Assembly: GCA_040754455.1 (NCBI GenBank)
Contig: JBFMCP010000031.1
Location: 1 to 39,144 of the forward strand
Source: Nitrospirota bacterium
GTDB taxonomy: Bacteria; Nitrospirota; Thermodesulfovibrionia; Thermodesulfovibrionales; Dissulfurispiraceae
Length of the DNA stretch: 39,144 bases
Direction: 5' to 3'
Below are positions 1 to 10,678 of this stretch, in pieces. The notes under the pieces are model-generated. The model worked only from the letters and a program-made list of their open reading frames with translations. It searched no databases and was not told the DNA's origin. The stretch's first letter is position 1; each line of letters begins with the position of its first letter. The translations under genes and the position numbers were made by a program.

Positions 1-125
1 CTTGGATATCGGACGCCGCATGAAGTTTACTTCGGCGGCAATAATAACCATGATGATGGAGATGCCTGCAGGCTAATCCACCAAATACAACCCATTTTTC
101 TGTCTTGACAATGGGGAGGGGTTTA
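1..125 (+). mobile_element. 3' end of an IS3-family insertion sequence (transposase C-terminus 1-108 plus probable right inverted repeat)
   Basis: Frame 1 reads LGYRTPHEVYF...FLS* (stop 106-108), matching the IS3-type C-terminal LGYxTP motif. It is followed by TGTCTTGACAATGGGGAGGGGTTTA and then an abrupt junction into the middle of an MFS gene. Confidence 0.7.
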
Positions 126-126
126 A

Positions 127-612
127 TTGAGAGCGCAGCAGGTGGGCATCCCTACAGTGATGATTCCTGTTGTGTATCTGTCATTTAATCTTATCTATTC
201 TCTATCCGCCATACCAGCCGGCATAGCGGCAGACAGATTCGGCAGAAAGAGGATTATCCTTTCAGGCTTCCTCCTCTTTGCCGCCGTCTATTACGGGTTT
301 GCAGTTGTGAAGAGCACATCTCTTATATGGCTTCTCTTCGGGCTTTACGGAGTATTTATGGGGCTCACCGAAGGGGTGGTGAAAGCATTCCTGGCAGCCA
401 TTATCCCTTCTGACTTCAAGGCCACTGCTTTCGGCGTCTATACGACCGCAGTCGGCCTTGCCATGTTTCCTGCGAGCCTTATTGGTGGATGGCTCTGGGA
501 CCGTGTTTCACCATCAGCAACGTTTTACTTCGGCGCAACGACCGCACTCCTTTCGGCACTACTATTTGCTGCCTTTATCGTCCTTACAAGGCAATCTGCA
601 CATAAAAGATAG
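127..612 (+). pseudogene. MFS transporter, C-terminal half only (interrupted by IS)
   Basis: Motifs GIAADRFGRKR and ATAFGVY with about 5 TM segments. Starts mid-protein (LRAQQVG) right after an in-frame TAA at the IS junction. Confidence 0.75.
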
Positions 613-629
613 AAAGGGAGGTGTCCATT

Positions 630-1100
630 ATGATCGAGATCGACATTCCCGGATTTGGACCTGTCACATTGAAACATCTGGTATCTGACTTCACCGGCAC
701 ACTCTCAGTTGACGGCAAGCTTTTGCCTAGAGTGAAAGAATTGCTGAACAAGATATCAGAATCCCTTGGCGTTCATATATTGACCGCCGATACGTTCGGC
801 AGGGCAAAAGCTGAACTGGAAGGCATAAACTGCACGATTCACATCCTTGCTGGGAAGAACCACGATATTCAGAAAGAGGAGTACGTAAACGGGCTTGGCG
901 CTGAGCATGTTATTGCTCTGGGCAATGGTAATAATGATAGAAAAATGCTCAAGACGGCAAAGATCGGGATAGCTGTTTCTGAAGGGGAAGGCTGCGCCGT
1001 TGATGCAATGATGGCGGCAGATGTGCAGGTGAGGAGTGCCGCTGAGGGGCTTGGCCTGCTGCTTACCCCCCTCAGGCTCAAGGCGACGTTGAGATACTGA
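630..1100 (+). CDS. HAD-superfamily hydrolase (soluble P-type ATPase-like)
   Basis: DFTGT motif I, LTAD, GNGNND motif. GGAGG precedes ATG 630. Confidence 0.85.
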   Translation: MIEIDIPGFGPVTLKHLVSDFTGTLSVDGKLLPRVKELLNKISESLGVHILTADTFGRAKAELEGINCTIHILAGKNHDIQKEEYVNGLGAEHVIALGNGNNDRKMLKTAKIGIAVSEGEGCAVDAMMAADVQVRSAAEGLGLLLTPLRLKATLRY

Positions 1101-1290
1101 TAGAGGCACGAACGCATCAAGCAGACCTCTACAGAGAGCTTCACAAGCCTTATCTCTCTCTGTGCTATGAATTCCCTACGTTCAGGACAGTGCACCGGGA
1201 TCTGATACGCAATAGTAAAGAAAGTTGTATTTCTCGGAAGACTCTGTAATTATACAATATATCAGTAACGCAATATAACGGAGGATAGCG

Positions 1291-1992
1291 GTGTTCCACT
1301 CTATCTTTGTAGTAGAGGATGATCCCAAAATGGCGAGGATGGTCAAAATCTACCTCGAAAGCGCTGGATACAGCGTCAAGCATTTTGAACGTGGCAAGGA
1401 CGCGGTAGCTGCTGCGGAAAAAGGGCTTCCCCTCCTGCTGATTTTGGATCTGATGCTGCCCGACATGCCCGGCGAAGAGGTCTTCATGAAGATGAAAGAG
1501 TACGGAGACTTCCCGGTCATCATGCTCACCTCGCGGTCTACTGAAGAGGAAAGACTCGCAGGCTTTGCCCTTGGCGCCGATGACTACGTCGTTAAGCCTT
1601 TTAGTCCGAGAGAGCTGGTTTTCAGGGTCAAGGCAGTACTCAAAAGGGCCGAAAAGAAGGACCTGAGCAGTGCAGCGTTGATGAGCTTTGATGATGGTTC
1701 CCTGCTGATTGACGGGCAGCGCTATGAGGCAAAAAAGCAGGGCCAACTGCTCAATCTGACGCCCACCGAATTCAAAATCCTCTATACGCTTGCATCCCAC
1801 CCTGGCAAGACATTCCCGAGGAAAGAGCTCGTGGAAGAGGCCCTCGGCTATCAGTTTGACGGATATGAACGGAGTATTGATGCCCATATCCGGCACATAC
1901 GGCAGAAGATTGAAGACGATCCCAGCGATCCTAAAGTCATTCTGACCATCTACGGTGTAGGCTACCGCTTTTCAGGTAAACGAGATGCTTAA
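1291..1992 (+). CDS. OmpR/PhoB-family response regulator
   Basis: VVEDD, DLMLP, GADDYVVKPF receiver motifs and winged-helix tail (IDAHIRHIRQKIE, TIYGVGYRF). Confidence 0.95.
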   Translation: MFHSIFVVEDDPKMARMVKIYLESAGYSVKHFERGKDAVAAAEKGLPLLLILDLMLPDMPGEEVFMKMKEYGDFPVIMLTSRSTEEERLAGFALGADDYVVKPFSPRELVFRVKAVLKRAEKKDLSSAALMSFDDGSLLIDGQRYEAKKQGQLLNLTPTEFKILYTLASHPGKTFPRKELVEEALGYQFDGYERSIDAHIRHIRQKIEDDPSDPKVILTIYGVGYRFSGKRDA

Positions 1993-3340
1993 GAGTCTGT
2001 GGGTTAAATTCCTTGTCCTCCTTATTGCGGTATCCATCATAGCCCTTTCGGCGGCACTCCTCCTGCGCGAACTGATGATCAAAGATTTCCGTGAGTATCT
2101 TGAAGGAGAGCAGGAGGACAGGGTCTACTGGGTCATCGCCGACCTTGAGAACACCTATGCGAAATATAACGGGTGGAACAAAGAAGTTATTACTGAAGAT
2201 ACGATATGGGCATTGATGCTCGGCCTTGAGGTAAAAATTAAAGACAATAGCGATATCGTAATAATGGATACCGAAAAGGCACTCGACAATCTTCCAGAGT
2301 TTATGCAAAAGAGAATTCCGACAATCGCACAATTCCGTGCCGGTAAAACAACGGGAGACTTTATCCCTTATCCTCTCTTTCTGAAAGGGGAAGAGATAGG
2401 CTCTCTCGAAGTCAAGTTCCTGCGGCCCAGAAGGGAGCCGGTTTTCATCACCAGATCGAACCGGTTTCTCATCCTGTCGCTCCTCACCTTGGGCGGCATT
2501 GCCCTGCTGTTGAGCATTATCCTCTCCCGAAGATTGACCGACCCGATCAAAAAACTCACCCTCGCCGCACAGGCCGTCGGCAAGGGCGATCTCAAAAGCA
2601 GGGTGACGGTCACAAGCTATGACGAAATCAGGACACTCTCGGATACATTCAACACTATGGCCCAGAGCCTTGACATGCAGGAGTCACTCAGAAAAAAACT
2701 GCTCGCCAACGTAGCCCATGAGCTCAGGACCCCTCTGGGAGCCATGAAGAGCGAGATCGAAGGAATGATCGACGGCCTCTCTCCAATGGGCAAAGAGAGC
2801 CTCATGTCGATGAATGCGGAATTAGACAGGCTGAAGAGTATTCTTGAGGGAATCGAGGACCTCTTCGAGGCCGAGGCGAGCAGGCTGTCTCTCAAGCCCA
2901 GGGACATTGAGCTTAAGCCATTCCTCCAGAACATAGTCGAACGGTTCACAATCCTCTTTAACGAAAAAGGCATACGTCTCGACTTCCAGTGTAGTGAAAG
3001 CATGGTGATCTATGCCGATCCTGACCGATTGAGCCAGATCGTGATCAACCTCCTCAGCAATGCCCTGAAGGCTACGGAAAGGGGCGGGCAAGTTTTGATT
3101 AAAGCAGACAAAAAAGATGCAGAGGTGTTCATCAAGGTTACTGATACTGGAGTCGGAATAAAAGAGGAAGACTTGCCTCTCATCTTCGAAAGATTTTACA
3201 AAAAAACAGCCGAAGGTCTTGGTCTTGGGCTCTCCATCGTCAAAGAGCTTGTCGAAGCGCATAACGGCAGGATCGAGGTAAAAAGCGAGTTCGGGAAAGG
3301 CTCGACTTTTACCGTCTATTTCCCCGCCAAGCAGTCTTAA
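1985..3340 (+). CDS. HAMP-domain sensor histidine kinase
   Basis: Two TM segments, HAMP, H-box AHELRTPL, N-box NLLSNALK, DTGVGI and GLGLGLSI. Confidence 0.95.
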   Translation: MLKSLWVKFLVLLIAVSIIALSAALLLRELMIKDFREYLEGEQEDRVYWVIADLENTYAKYNGWNKEVITEDTIWALMLGLEVKIKDNSDIVIMDTEKALDNLPEFMQKRIPTIAQFRAGKTTGDFIPYPLFLKGEEIGSLEVKFLRPRREPVFITRSNRFLILSLLTLGGIALLLSIILSRRLTDPIKKLTLAAQAVGKGDLKSRVTVTSYDEIRTLSDTFNTMAQSLDMQESLRKKLLANVAHELRTPLGAMKSEIEGMIDGLSPMGKESLMSMNAELDRLKSILEGIEDLFEAEASRLSLKPRDIELKPFLQNIVERFTILFNEKGIRLDFQCSESMVIYADPDRLSQIVINLLSNALKATERGGQVLIKADKKDAEVFIKVTDTGVGIKEEDLPLIFERFYKKTAEGLGLGLSIVKELVEAHNGRIEVKSEFGKGSTFTVYFPAKQS

Positions 3341-3390
3341 CAATTCTTAACAATTCACTCGCCGGTTCTTCGCAACGTCTTTTGTATGAT
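3335..3390 (+). promoter_or_regulatory. Putative OmpR-type tandem direct-repeat site with downstream -10
   Basis: TCTTAACAAT twice (3335-3354, 10-bp period); TATGAT at 3385-3390. Confidence 0.6.
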
Positions 3391-3505
3391 GGAATCATGA
3401 AGATATCAGCAGGGGAAGGAGACGAGCCGATATAGAGTTAATCTACTTTGGTGTGCATGGTGGTCAAAAAGTAGCAATTTCCAAAAAGTAAAAGGAGGAA
3501 ACAAA

Positions 3506-3937
3506 ATGAGAAAGAAAGTTCTTATCATCGTAGTAGCAATCGCCATTGGATTAATCACGAGCGGCGGCGTATTCGCATGGTGGGGCGGTATGGGATACGC
3601 TCCGGGCACCAATGTTGATAACGTAAAGAAGTTCCAGAAGGAGACGTTGAGCCTGAGAGACGACCTTATGGTCAAGCAACTGGAGCTGCAGACCGAGTAC
3701 AGCAAGCCCACTCCTGACGCAAACCGTATTGCTGCCCTTGAAAAGGAGATCATCGATCTCCGGACAAAGATACATTCAGCAGCAACGAAGCATGGCCTCG
3801 CCACTGGCGGCTATATGGGCGGCCAGATGGGGCCGATGATGGGATGCAATATGATGATGGGCGGGGGCATGATGGGACATGGCATGATGACGGGCCCCGG
3901 AAACAGAGGCGGCTACTCTTGCCCTGCCTGCTGGTAA
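3506..3937 (+). CDS. Exported ZraP/Spy/CpxP-like protein with Met/Gly-rich tail
   Basis: Signal peptide (VFA), helical core LRDDLMVKQLEL...PDANRIAALEKEI, tail MMGCNMMMGGGMMGHGMM...CPACW. Strong AGGAGG. Confidence 0.75.
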   Translation: MRKKVLIIVVAIAIGLITSGGVFAWWGGMGYAPGTNVDNVKKFQKETLSLRDDLMVKQLELQTEYSKPTPDANRIAALEKEIIDLRTKIHSAATKHGLATGGYMGGQMGPMMGCNMMMGGGMMGHGMMTGPGNRGGYSCPACW

Positions 3938-3946
3938 CGTTTATGA

Positions 3947-3978
3947 TATTCGGGAGGGCTTCGGTGCCCTCCCGAATA
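3947..3978 (+). terminator. 13-bp perfect hairpin (terminator or mRNA stabiliser)
   Basis: TATTCGGGAGGGC / GCCCTCCCGAATA; no clear U tract. Confidence 0.55.
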
Positions 3979-3997
3979 AAGAATTGATGGTTAGAAA

Positions 3998-4333
3998 ATG
4001 AAGAGAGCCGTTTTACTAATACTCATCCTTTCCCTGGTGGCGATCACGCTGCCCGATTCTTCTGCATATGCGATGAACGGGTGGATGGGAGTTCCACATG
4101 GTGACTACTGTGACGGTCCCGGCTGGGGCTGGTACGGCGCCAGAAGGGCTGTTACAACGCCCCAGCAGGCCAAGAAAATCCTCAAGGAATATTTTAAAGG
4201 TGAAGACGTCGCAGTAGGTGTCATAAGGGAGAGAGGGCATTTTTTTGAGGCGGACATAAAAGACAAAAAAGGCACTGTCGTCGATAGAGTGATTATCGAC
4301 AAAAGGACCGGAAGGATCCGGTCAATTTACTAA
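3998..4333 (+). CDS. Small exported protein, PepSY-like domain
   Basis: Signal peptide (AYA); QQAKKIL...FEADI...VIIDKRTG pattern. Confidence 0.65.
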   Translation: MKRAVLLILILSLVAITLPDSSAYAMNGWMGVPHGDYCDGPGWGWYGARRAVTTPQQAKKILKEYFKGEDVAVGVIRERGHFFEADIKDKKGTVVDRVIIDKRTGRIRSIY

Positions 4334-4349
4334 AGGAGAGCAGCAAACC

Positions 4350-4562
4350 ATGAAAAATCATAGATCACGATATATTTTATTTCTGCTGTTGGGTATCTTA
4401 GTGGTAAGTCTTCTTGTTTCCTGTGGCTATCCGGGGTATAGGAGGTGGAGTGGTCCCTATCCCAATCATGGCTACCACAGCAACACACCCTATGACGGAA
4501 ACGACGGCTATTATGCATACGGATACCCCGCACACCGTGGGCCGCGGTGCGGGAGATACTGA
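4350..4562 (+). CDS. Small Gly/Tyr/Pro/His-rich putative lipoprotein
   Basis: AAGGAG RBS; basic N-region, hydrophobic stretch, lipobox LVSC. Confidence 0.6.
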   Translation: MKNHRSRYILFLLLGILVVSLLVSCGYPGYRRWSGPYPNHGYHSNTPYDGNDGYYAYGYPAHRGPRCGRY

Positions 4563-4591
4563 TTGCTTCGACGGCGACAAAGTGTTATTAT
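4563..4591 (+). promoter_or_regulatory. Sigma70-type promoter for the czc operon
   Basis: TTGCTT-N17-TATTAT with extended TG at 4583-4584. Confidence 0.55.
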
Positions 4592-4597
4592 AAAGCA

Positions 4598-4975
4598 ATG
4601 AGAACAATGCCCAGTAAAATAGCAAGACTGGCGGTATTCCTCGTACTCATCACCTATATTGTTACCCCCTGTGTTGACAGTATCGCCTGCGATGATTGCA
4701 AGGGCGTTGCCCCTTTTCAGGGAGTATTCGAGCAGGGCTCCAACAATTCCTCTCGGTCAGAGAAGAGCCCATCCATCGAGGACAATACCACACAGAGCAC
4801 ATCACCCGTTAAGGAAAGGGCCCAGTTTGTGTGCTCTATCTGTCTCAGTCCTATCGAGGGATTCAATAATCACTACTTCAAGTCACCCTTTTCCGTTGTC
4901 TCCCTCGTCAATCAGTCGGCGATCAACATCTTTTTAGAGCCTTCTTTTCCGATCATTAAACCGCCTCAAAACTAA
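4598..4975 (+). CDS. CzcI/DUF2946-like Cys-containing exported protein
   Basis: Hydrophobic N-terminus, CDDC and CSIC motifs, C-terminal KPPQN, position directly before czcC. Confidence 0.6.
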   Translation: MRTMPSKIARLAVFLVLITYIVTPCVDSIACDDCKGVAPFQGVFEQGSNNSSRSEKSPSIEDNTTQSTSPVKERAQFVCSICLSPIEGFNNHYFKSPFSVVSLVNQSAINIFLEPSFPIIKPPQN

Positions 4976-5096
4976 TTCCCATCGTTAGTCTAATCTCTCC
5001 GCAATGAATCCTGCACCGGAAGTGCAGCCTCGTACGGATTTGTTACGGAAACCGTTCGATTTTTATCTGGATTTGCATGAAAAAGGAGATACGTAT

Positions 5097-6326
5097 ATGT
5101 GCCGGATAGTACTATCCATGATATTTCTTATTGTGCTCTCTGTCTCTTCAGTCTACTCGATGACCGTGGATGAGGCAGTAACCTATGCCTTAAAGAATAA
5201 TCCTGAGCTTCAGTCATTGGGGCTCGAAGAGGAAGTGGCTAAAGGGCAACTGGAGAAGGCAAAGCTGCCCCTTATTGCCAACCCCACGCTTGAGGGCAGT
5301 GTATCGAAGAAGGACAAAACTCAGGAGGAGGGGAGCGGTGCGTTTACCAACTATGGCGTGAAACTCTCGCAGGAATTCGAGATAGCGGGACAGCGAAAGT
5401 TGAGAGTCAATGCAGCGGAGAAAAGCCTTTCGAAGACCGGTTTTGAAATAAAAGACAGGGAGAGAGAGCTCACTTATGCGATCAAGGATGCCTTTGCCAA
5501 AGCCCTTACTGCAAAGAGGAGAGTAGAATTGGTAAAGGAAGTAGTGAAACTGCAGGAGGAACTCCTCGGCTTTACCATCATAAAATACCAGGCTGGCGAT
5601 GTCTCCGGGCTTGAGGTGAACTTGGCGGAGGTCGAACTGAGCAAGGCCAAAAGAGACTTGCTCTCAGCGGAGAAAGAATCCAAAGAGGCCCTTTTGGCGC
5701 TCCAGGGACTGATGGGAGCAAGGCCCGACACCGCCCTGAATCTCGAGGGAGAGCTTGCTCCTGATACGCTCTCGTTACCTGCTAGGGAGAGATTACAGAT
5801 GCTCGCAGCCTCCCAGCGCCCTGATATAAAAGCCGCTTATACAGAAGAAGAAAGGTCAAAGACAGCGATTGCCCTTGCAAAGAGAGAGGCAGTGCCGAAC
5901 GTAACGTTGTCAGGATTCTATGACAAGGATGAGCGGAAGGATATCGTGGGTGTTGCTGTCTCAATCCCCCTTCCTCTTTTCGACAGAAAACAGGCTGAGA
6001 AAAAGGAAGCCAAGGCACGGGCCGAGCAGGCAAAGCTGAGACTCGCCGGGCTCGAGAAGACCATCGAGAGAGAAATCGAGGAAGCTTACAGCACGCTCAC
6101 CGCGTCGCTCAATGAGCTCGCTCTCTTCAAAAAGGAAATTGAAAGCAAGACCCTCGAAAATCTGAATCTCCTCAACCTGGCGTTCAAGGAAGGAAAGATC
6201 AGCTTTTTTGATGTGCGGCTCGCGCAGCGGGAGACTATAGAGATCCAGTTTTCCCATCTCGACTCGATGCTGAGGGCGCGGCAAGCGCTCAACGCGATGG
6301 AAAAGGCTATCGGAGGTGCTTTGTAA
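5097..6326 (+). CDS. czcC: TolC-family outer membrane factor, CzcC type
   Basis: Signal peptide, ALKNNPEL, LSQEFEIAGQR, VSIPLPLFDR; AAGGAG before ATG 5097. Confidence 0.85.
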   Translation: MCRIVLSMIFLIVLSVSSVYSMTVDEAVTYALKNNPELQSLGLEEEVAKGQLEKAKLPLIANPTLEGSVSKKDKTQEEGSGAFTNYGVKLSQEFEIAGQRKLRVNAAEKSLSKTGFEIKDRERELTYAIKDAFAKALTAKRRVELVKEVVKLQEELLGFTIIKYQAGDVSGLEVNLAEVELSKAKRDLLSAEKESKEALLALQGLMGARPDTALNLEGELAPDTLSLPARERLQMLAASQRPDIKAAYTEEERSKTAIALAKREAVPNVTLSGFYDKDERKDIVGVAVSIPLPLFDRKQAEKKEAKARAEQAKLRLAGLEKTIEREIEEAYSTLTASLNELALFKKEIESKTLENLNLLNLAFKEGKISFFDVRLAQRETIEIQFSHLDSMLRARQALNAMEKAIGGAL

Positions 6327-7582
6327 TGAGTTTCAGGACATTGAGGACAAGCATGCTTTTTTGTGTACTCGTCTTGTTAATCATCGGAATTGCGATTACC
6401 GGTGCCGGATGCGACAAAAAGGAACCCCCTAAGGAGAAGGCGGTTGCTACGGACGAAAAAGGTGTGGAAAAGAAAGAGAGCGAAAAGGAAGGGCATAAGG
6501 AAGAGGAGGGAGAGCCGGGTGTCGTAACGCTCTCTCCGGAGAAGGTCAGGATGTCCGGCATCGAAGTCCGGAAGGTGGCGCTCGAATCTGTTGCCGTGCC
6601 GCTTACAGCTACAGCAATGATCGAGCTCAATGCCGACCGGGTCTCCAAGGTAAGCCCCAGAGTGACCGGCAAGATCGCACGGCTCCTGGCCTCGCAGGGC
6701 GACAGGGTCAGGGCAGGACAGCCGCTCGCGCATATCGATACAGTCGAGCTCGACCAGGCATGGTCGGAGTATATAAAGGCAAAGGGCAGACAGGAGCTTG
6801 CTCTTAAAAACCTCAAACGCGAGGAGACCCTCTTTGAAAAGAAAGTGGCCCCTGAAAAAGATGTCCTGAAGGCGCGGCAGGAACTCAGCGAGGCAGAGGC
6901 GGACCTTACTCTTTCAAAGGAGAAGTTCCGTCTCCTCGGTGTCGATGTTTCCCAGATGGAGTTCCAGAGGAATAGCGGCAGGAGCGGGCACCACCCCTTG
7001 ATCCCGATGTCCTCTCCCGTCGGAGGAGTGGTCATCGAGAAGTCGGTAACACCGGGCGAAGTGGTAGGACCTGACAAGGTGCTCTTTACCGTTGCCGACC
7101 TTTCCACACTCTGGGTCCTGATCGATATCTACGAGAAAGACATCGCGCGCTTAAAGCCGGGCATGGCAGTAAAGGTCTCGGTGTCGGCCTTCCCCGACAA
7201 GGACTTCAGGGGCAGTCTCTCCTACATAGGCGATCTGGTAGATGAAAAAACGCGGACCGTAAAAGCACGGGTAACCGTGACCAATACAGGCGGACTCCTC
7301 AAGCCCGGCATGTTCGCTACCGTTCAGGTAGACGCCAAGGCTGCGCAGGTCGAGCAGGTGATTGCCGTACCTGCAGAGGCAGTGCTCCTGGAAGGCGCGG
7401 CGCGATATGTTTTCGTGCAGGAGAGCGTCGACCGCTTCAAGCGAAGAGATATTTCTGTCGGAAGGACCCTCGGCAAGAACGTTGAGATAACCGACGGGCT
7501 CAAAGAGGGAGACGCCGTAGTCGTCAAAGGCGCATTCACCCTGAAATCGGAGCTGAAGAAGGAAGAGCTGGCGGAGGAGTAG
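6326..7582 (+). CDS. czcB: RND periplasmic adaptor, CzcB type (probable lipoprotein)
   Basis: GAGC lipobox, GDRVRAGQPL, ADLSTLWV, TRTVKAR, LKPGMFA. Confidence 0.88.
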   Translation: MSFRTLRTSMLFCVLVLLIIGIAITGAGCDKKEPPKEKAVATDEKGVEKKESEKEGHKEEEGEPGVVTLSPEKVRMSGIEVRKVALESVAVPLTATAMIELNADRVSKVSPRVTGKIARLLASQGDRVRAGQPLAHIDTVELDQAWSEYIKAKGRQELALKNLKREETLFEKKVAPEKDVLKARQELSEAEADLTLSKEKFRLLGVDVSQMEFQRNSGRSGHHPLIPMSSPVGGVVIEKSVTPGEVVGPDKVLFTVADLSTLWVLIDIYEKDIARLKPGMAVKVSVSAFPDKDFRGSLSYIGDLVDEKTRTVKARVTVTNTGGLLKPGMFATVQVDAKAAQVEQVIAVPAEAVLLEGAARYVFVQESVDRFKRRDISVGRTLGKNVEITDGLKEGDAVVVKGAFTLKSELKKEELAEE

Positions 7583-7583
7583 C

Positions 7584-10500
7584 ATGATAGAGCGGATTAT
7601 CTCATTTACCCTGCAACAGCGCCTGCTCGTTATTGTTGCTATCACCGCCCTTGTCGCTTTCGGCATCTATGCCTATAAGAAATTGCCGGTTGACGCCTTC
7701 CCCGATGTGACCAGCAACCAGGTGCAGATCATCACCGAAGCGCCCGGAAGATCCCCCGAGGAAGTAGAGAAATTCGTCACCTATCCCATAGAAACCCAGA
7801 TGATGGGGCTTCCGAAGATAACGGACATGCGTTCGCTTTCAAAGTTCGGGCTTTCGCTGATTACCGTCGTGTTTGAAGACAATGTGGATATCTACTTTGC
7901 CCGCCAGCTTGTCCTTGAACGGCTGATAGAGGCAAAGGAGAAGCTCCCGCAGGGAGTGGAGCCGACAATGGGTCCCATATCAACAGGTCTCGGCGAGGTG
8001 TATCAGTATACACTCGAAAAACCGGGAGGCGGCGCCCTGAGCACTGATGAATTGATGGAGTTCAGGACTGGATCGTGCGGCCCCTTCTCAAGACCGTGCC
8101 GGGCGTAACGGACGTGAATTCCTTCGGCGGCATGGTCAAGCAGTACCAGATAATCGTCAACCCCGACAAACTGAAAAAGTACAACCTCAGCCTGAGAGAT
8201 ATCTTCGAGTCGGTCTCCAGGAACAACGCCAACGCAGGAGGAAACATCCTCGAACACTCCGCCGAGCAGTATATCATCCGCGGCGTCGGCCTCGTCAGGT
8301 CGCTTGCCGATCTGTCCAACATTGTCATTGCCGCCGAGCACGGCGCTCCGGTGCTTCTGAAGGATATTGCGGAAGTGAAGTTCGGCCCCGCTGTCCGACA
8401 GGGAGCCGTGGTAAAAGACGGTAAAAGCGAGGCTGTTGCGGGTATTGTTTTGATGGTTAAAGGCGGCAGCGGAAGAGAGGTCGTCGCCGGGGTCAAAGAG
8501 AAGGTGAAAGAGATCAACAGGAGCAATGTCCTCCCTGGCGGGCTCAAGATCAAGCCCTTCTATGATCGGACGGAGCTCGTTGACAAGAGCATAAGCACCG
8601 TCACGAGAGCCCTTGCAGAGGGGGCGATACTCGTCGTTGTGGTCCTCTACCTTTTCCTGAGGAATATCCGGGGTGCGGTCGTGGTCGCCATCACCCTTCC
8701 TTTGGCAGTGCTCGCCACCTTCATCATCATGTGGAAGGTGGGATTGTCAGCAAACCTCATGTCCTTGGGCGGGCTCGCAATATCCCTGGGTATGATCGTG
8801 GATGCGGCCATTATCCAGGTCGAGAACGTCCAGCGGCACCTTTCGGAGAAGACGATAGCAAAAAAAAGGATATATACGGTATTCGAGGCGGTCCTCGAGG
8901 TGCGAAAGCCGAGCCTCTTCGGTGAGCTTATCATCGCGCTCACGTTCGTACCGATCATGACGCTTCAGGGCATGGAAGGCAAGATGTTCTCTCCTCTGGC
9001 GTTTACGGTAGTAATCGCCATACTCTCATCGCTCCTGCTTTCCATCTTCGTTATACCCGTTCTCTGTTCGTTTCTCCTCAAGGCATCGGAAGAAAAGGAG
9101 AGCGTCATCGTCAGGGAAGCAAAGGGGTTCTATCTTCCCGCTCTCAGATGGGCGATGCAGCATCGGAAAAAGGCGCTCTACGCAGCGGCAGGCTTTTTCG
9201 TCCTGTCACTGGCTGTCTTTCCCTTCCTTGGCTCGGAATTCATACCGAGCATGGATGAGGGGTCGTTGACGACACAGGTGATAAGGCTTCCGAGCGTCTC
9301 ACTGACCGAGTCAGTCGAGATAGAAAAAAAGATCCAGCAGGCACTTCTCAAGTTTCCTGAGGTATTGACCGTTGTATCCAAAATAGGCTCTGCGGAAATT
9401 GCTACAGACCCCATGGGTCCGAATATAAGCGATCCCATTGTGGTGCTCAAGCCGAAAAACCAATGGAAGAGCGTACGGACAAAAGAGGAGCTTGTCGAAA
9501 AGATCAGAGAGGAGCTTGAAAAGATCCCCGGCATCGGGCTGAACATCACCCAGCCTATTGCACTGCGGGTGGATGAGCTCATATCGGGAGTGAAAAGCCA
9601 GCTTGCCATCAAGCTCTTCGGAGAGGATATGGAAGTCCTCAAGGAGAAGGCTGAAGAAATTGCGAAAGTCGTCTCCAAAGTCGCGGGAGTGGCTGACCTT
9701 AGAGTCGAGCAGACATCCGGTCAACCCTATATGACCGTAACCGTCAACCGAAGCGAGATCGCCCGCTACGGCATCCACGTCGAGGACGTTAACGAGATCA
9801 TCGAAACAGCCATCGGCGGCAAGGTCGCGACCGAAGTGCTCGAAGGAGACAGGAAGTTCCAGGTGGTCCTGCGATTCCCCGAGGAGCGGAGGAACAGCGT
9901 TGAGACCATAGGAAACATTCTCGTCAAGGGAGCAAACGGGGTCGGGGTTCCCTTGGCACAGCTTGCGCATATTGCGGTCTCTGAAGGTCCTGTCCAGATA
10001 AGCAGGGAGAACGGCAAGCGCCGCATCGTCATCGAGTGCAATGTCGAAGGACGCGATATCGGCGGCTTCGTGGCAGAGGCAAAGGGAAAGATCGAAAAAA
10101 GTATCAAGCTCCCCACCGGCTATTATGTCACGTGGGGTGGAGCTTTCGAAAACCAGCAGCGGGCAATGAAGCGGCTCATGCTGATCGTGCCGCTGACGAT
10201 TGCGCTCATCTTTTTCCTCCTGTTCACCACCTTCAACTCATTAAAGTACGCGGCGCTGATACTCCTTACGCTTCCTTTCGCCCTTACCGGAGGGGTGCTG
10301 GCTCTTTTGCTGTCCGGGCAGTACTTGAGCGTCCCTGCGTCAGTGGGGTTCATCGCCCTTTTCGGCGTGGCGGTTCTGAACGGCATGGTGCTCATTTCAT
10401 ACATAAACCGCCTCAGGCAGGAGGGGATACCGACAGATGAGGCAGTGATCACCGGGTGTGAGAGGAGGCTGCGACCGGTGCTTATGACTGCGCTGGTCGC

Positions 10501-10666
10501 CATACTCGGACTGGTGCCCATGCTCTTTGCTACCGGCCCCGGCTCGGAGGTGCAGAAGCCCCTTGCCGCAGTCGTCGTGGGAGGACTTTTTACCTCAACG
10601 GTAATGACGCTCCTGATCCTGCCGGTACTCTACCGGTGGTTTGAGGAAAAGGAAGTTGAATTTTAA
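7584..10666 (+). pseudogene. czcA: CusA/CzcA heavy-metal RND transporter, frameshifted near 8061-8068
   Basis: N-terminal part (LPVDAFPDVT, MGPISTGLGEVYQY) and C-terminal part (QDWIVRP, GMIVDAA, RLRPVLMTA) lie in different frames. Confidence 0.9.
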
Positions 10667-10678
10667 AGGGAGGTGTAG

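Noticed and set aside
4976..5090. Metal-sensing riboswitch before czcC
   Set aside because: Only small hairpins (TGCAC/GTGCA); I cannot match the NiCo or other consensus. An Rfam search would settle it.
8051..8108. Programmed -1 frameshift in czcA
   Set aside because: No slippery heptamer in the overlap, and residues appear to be missing, which fits a deletion.
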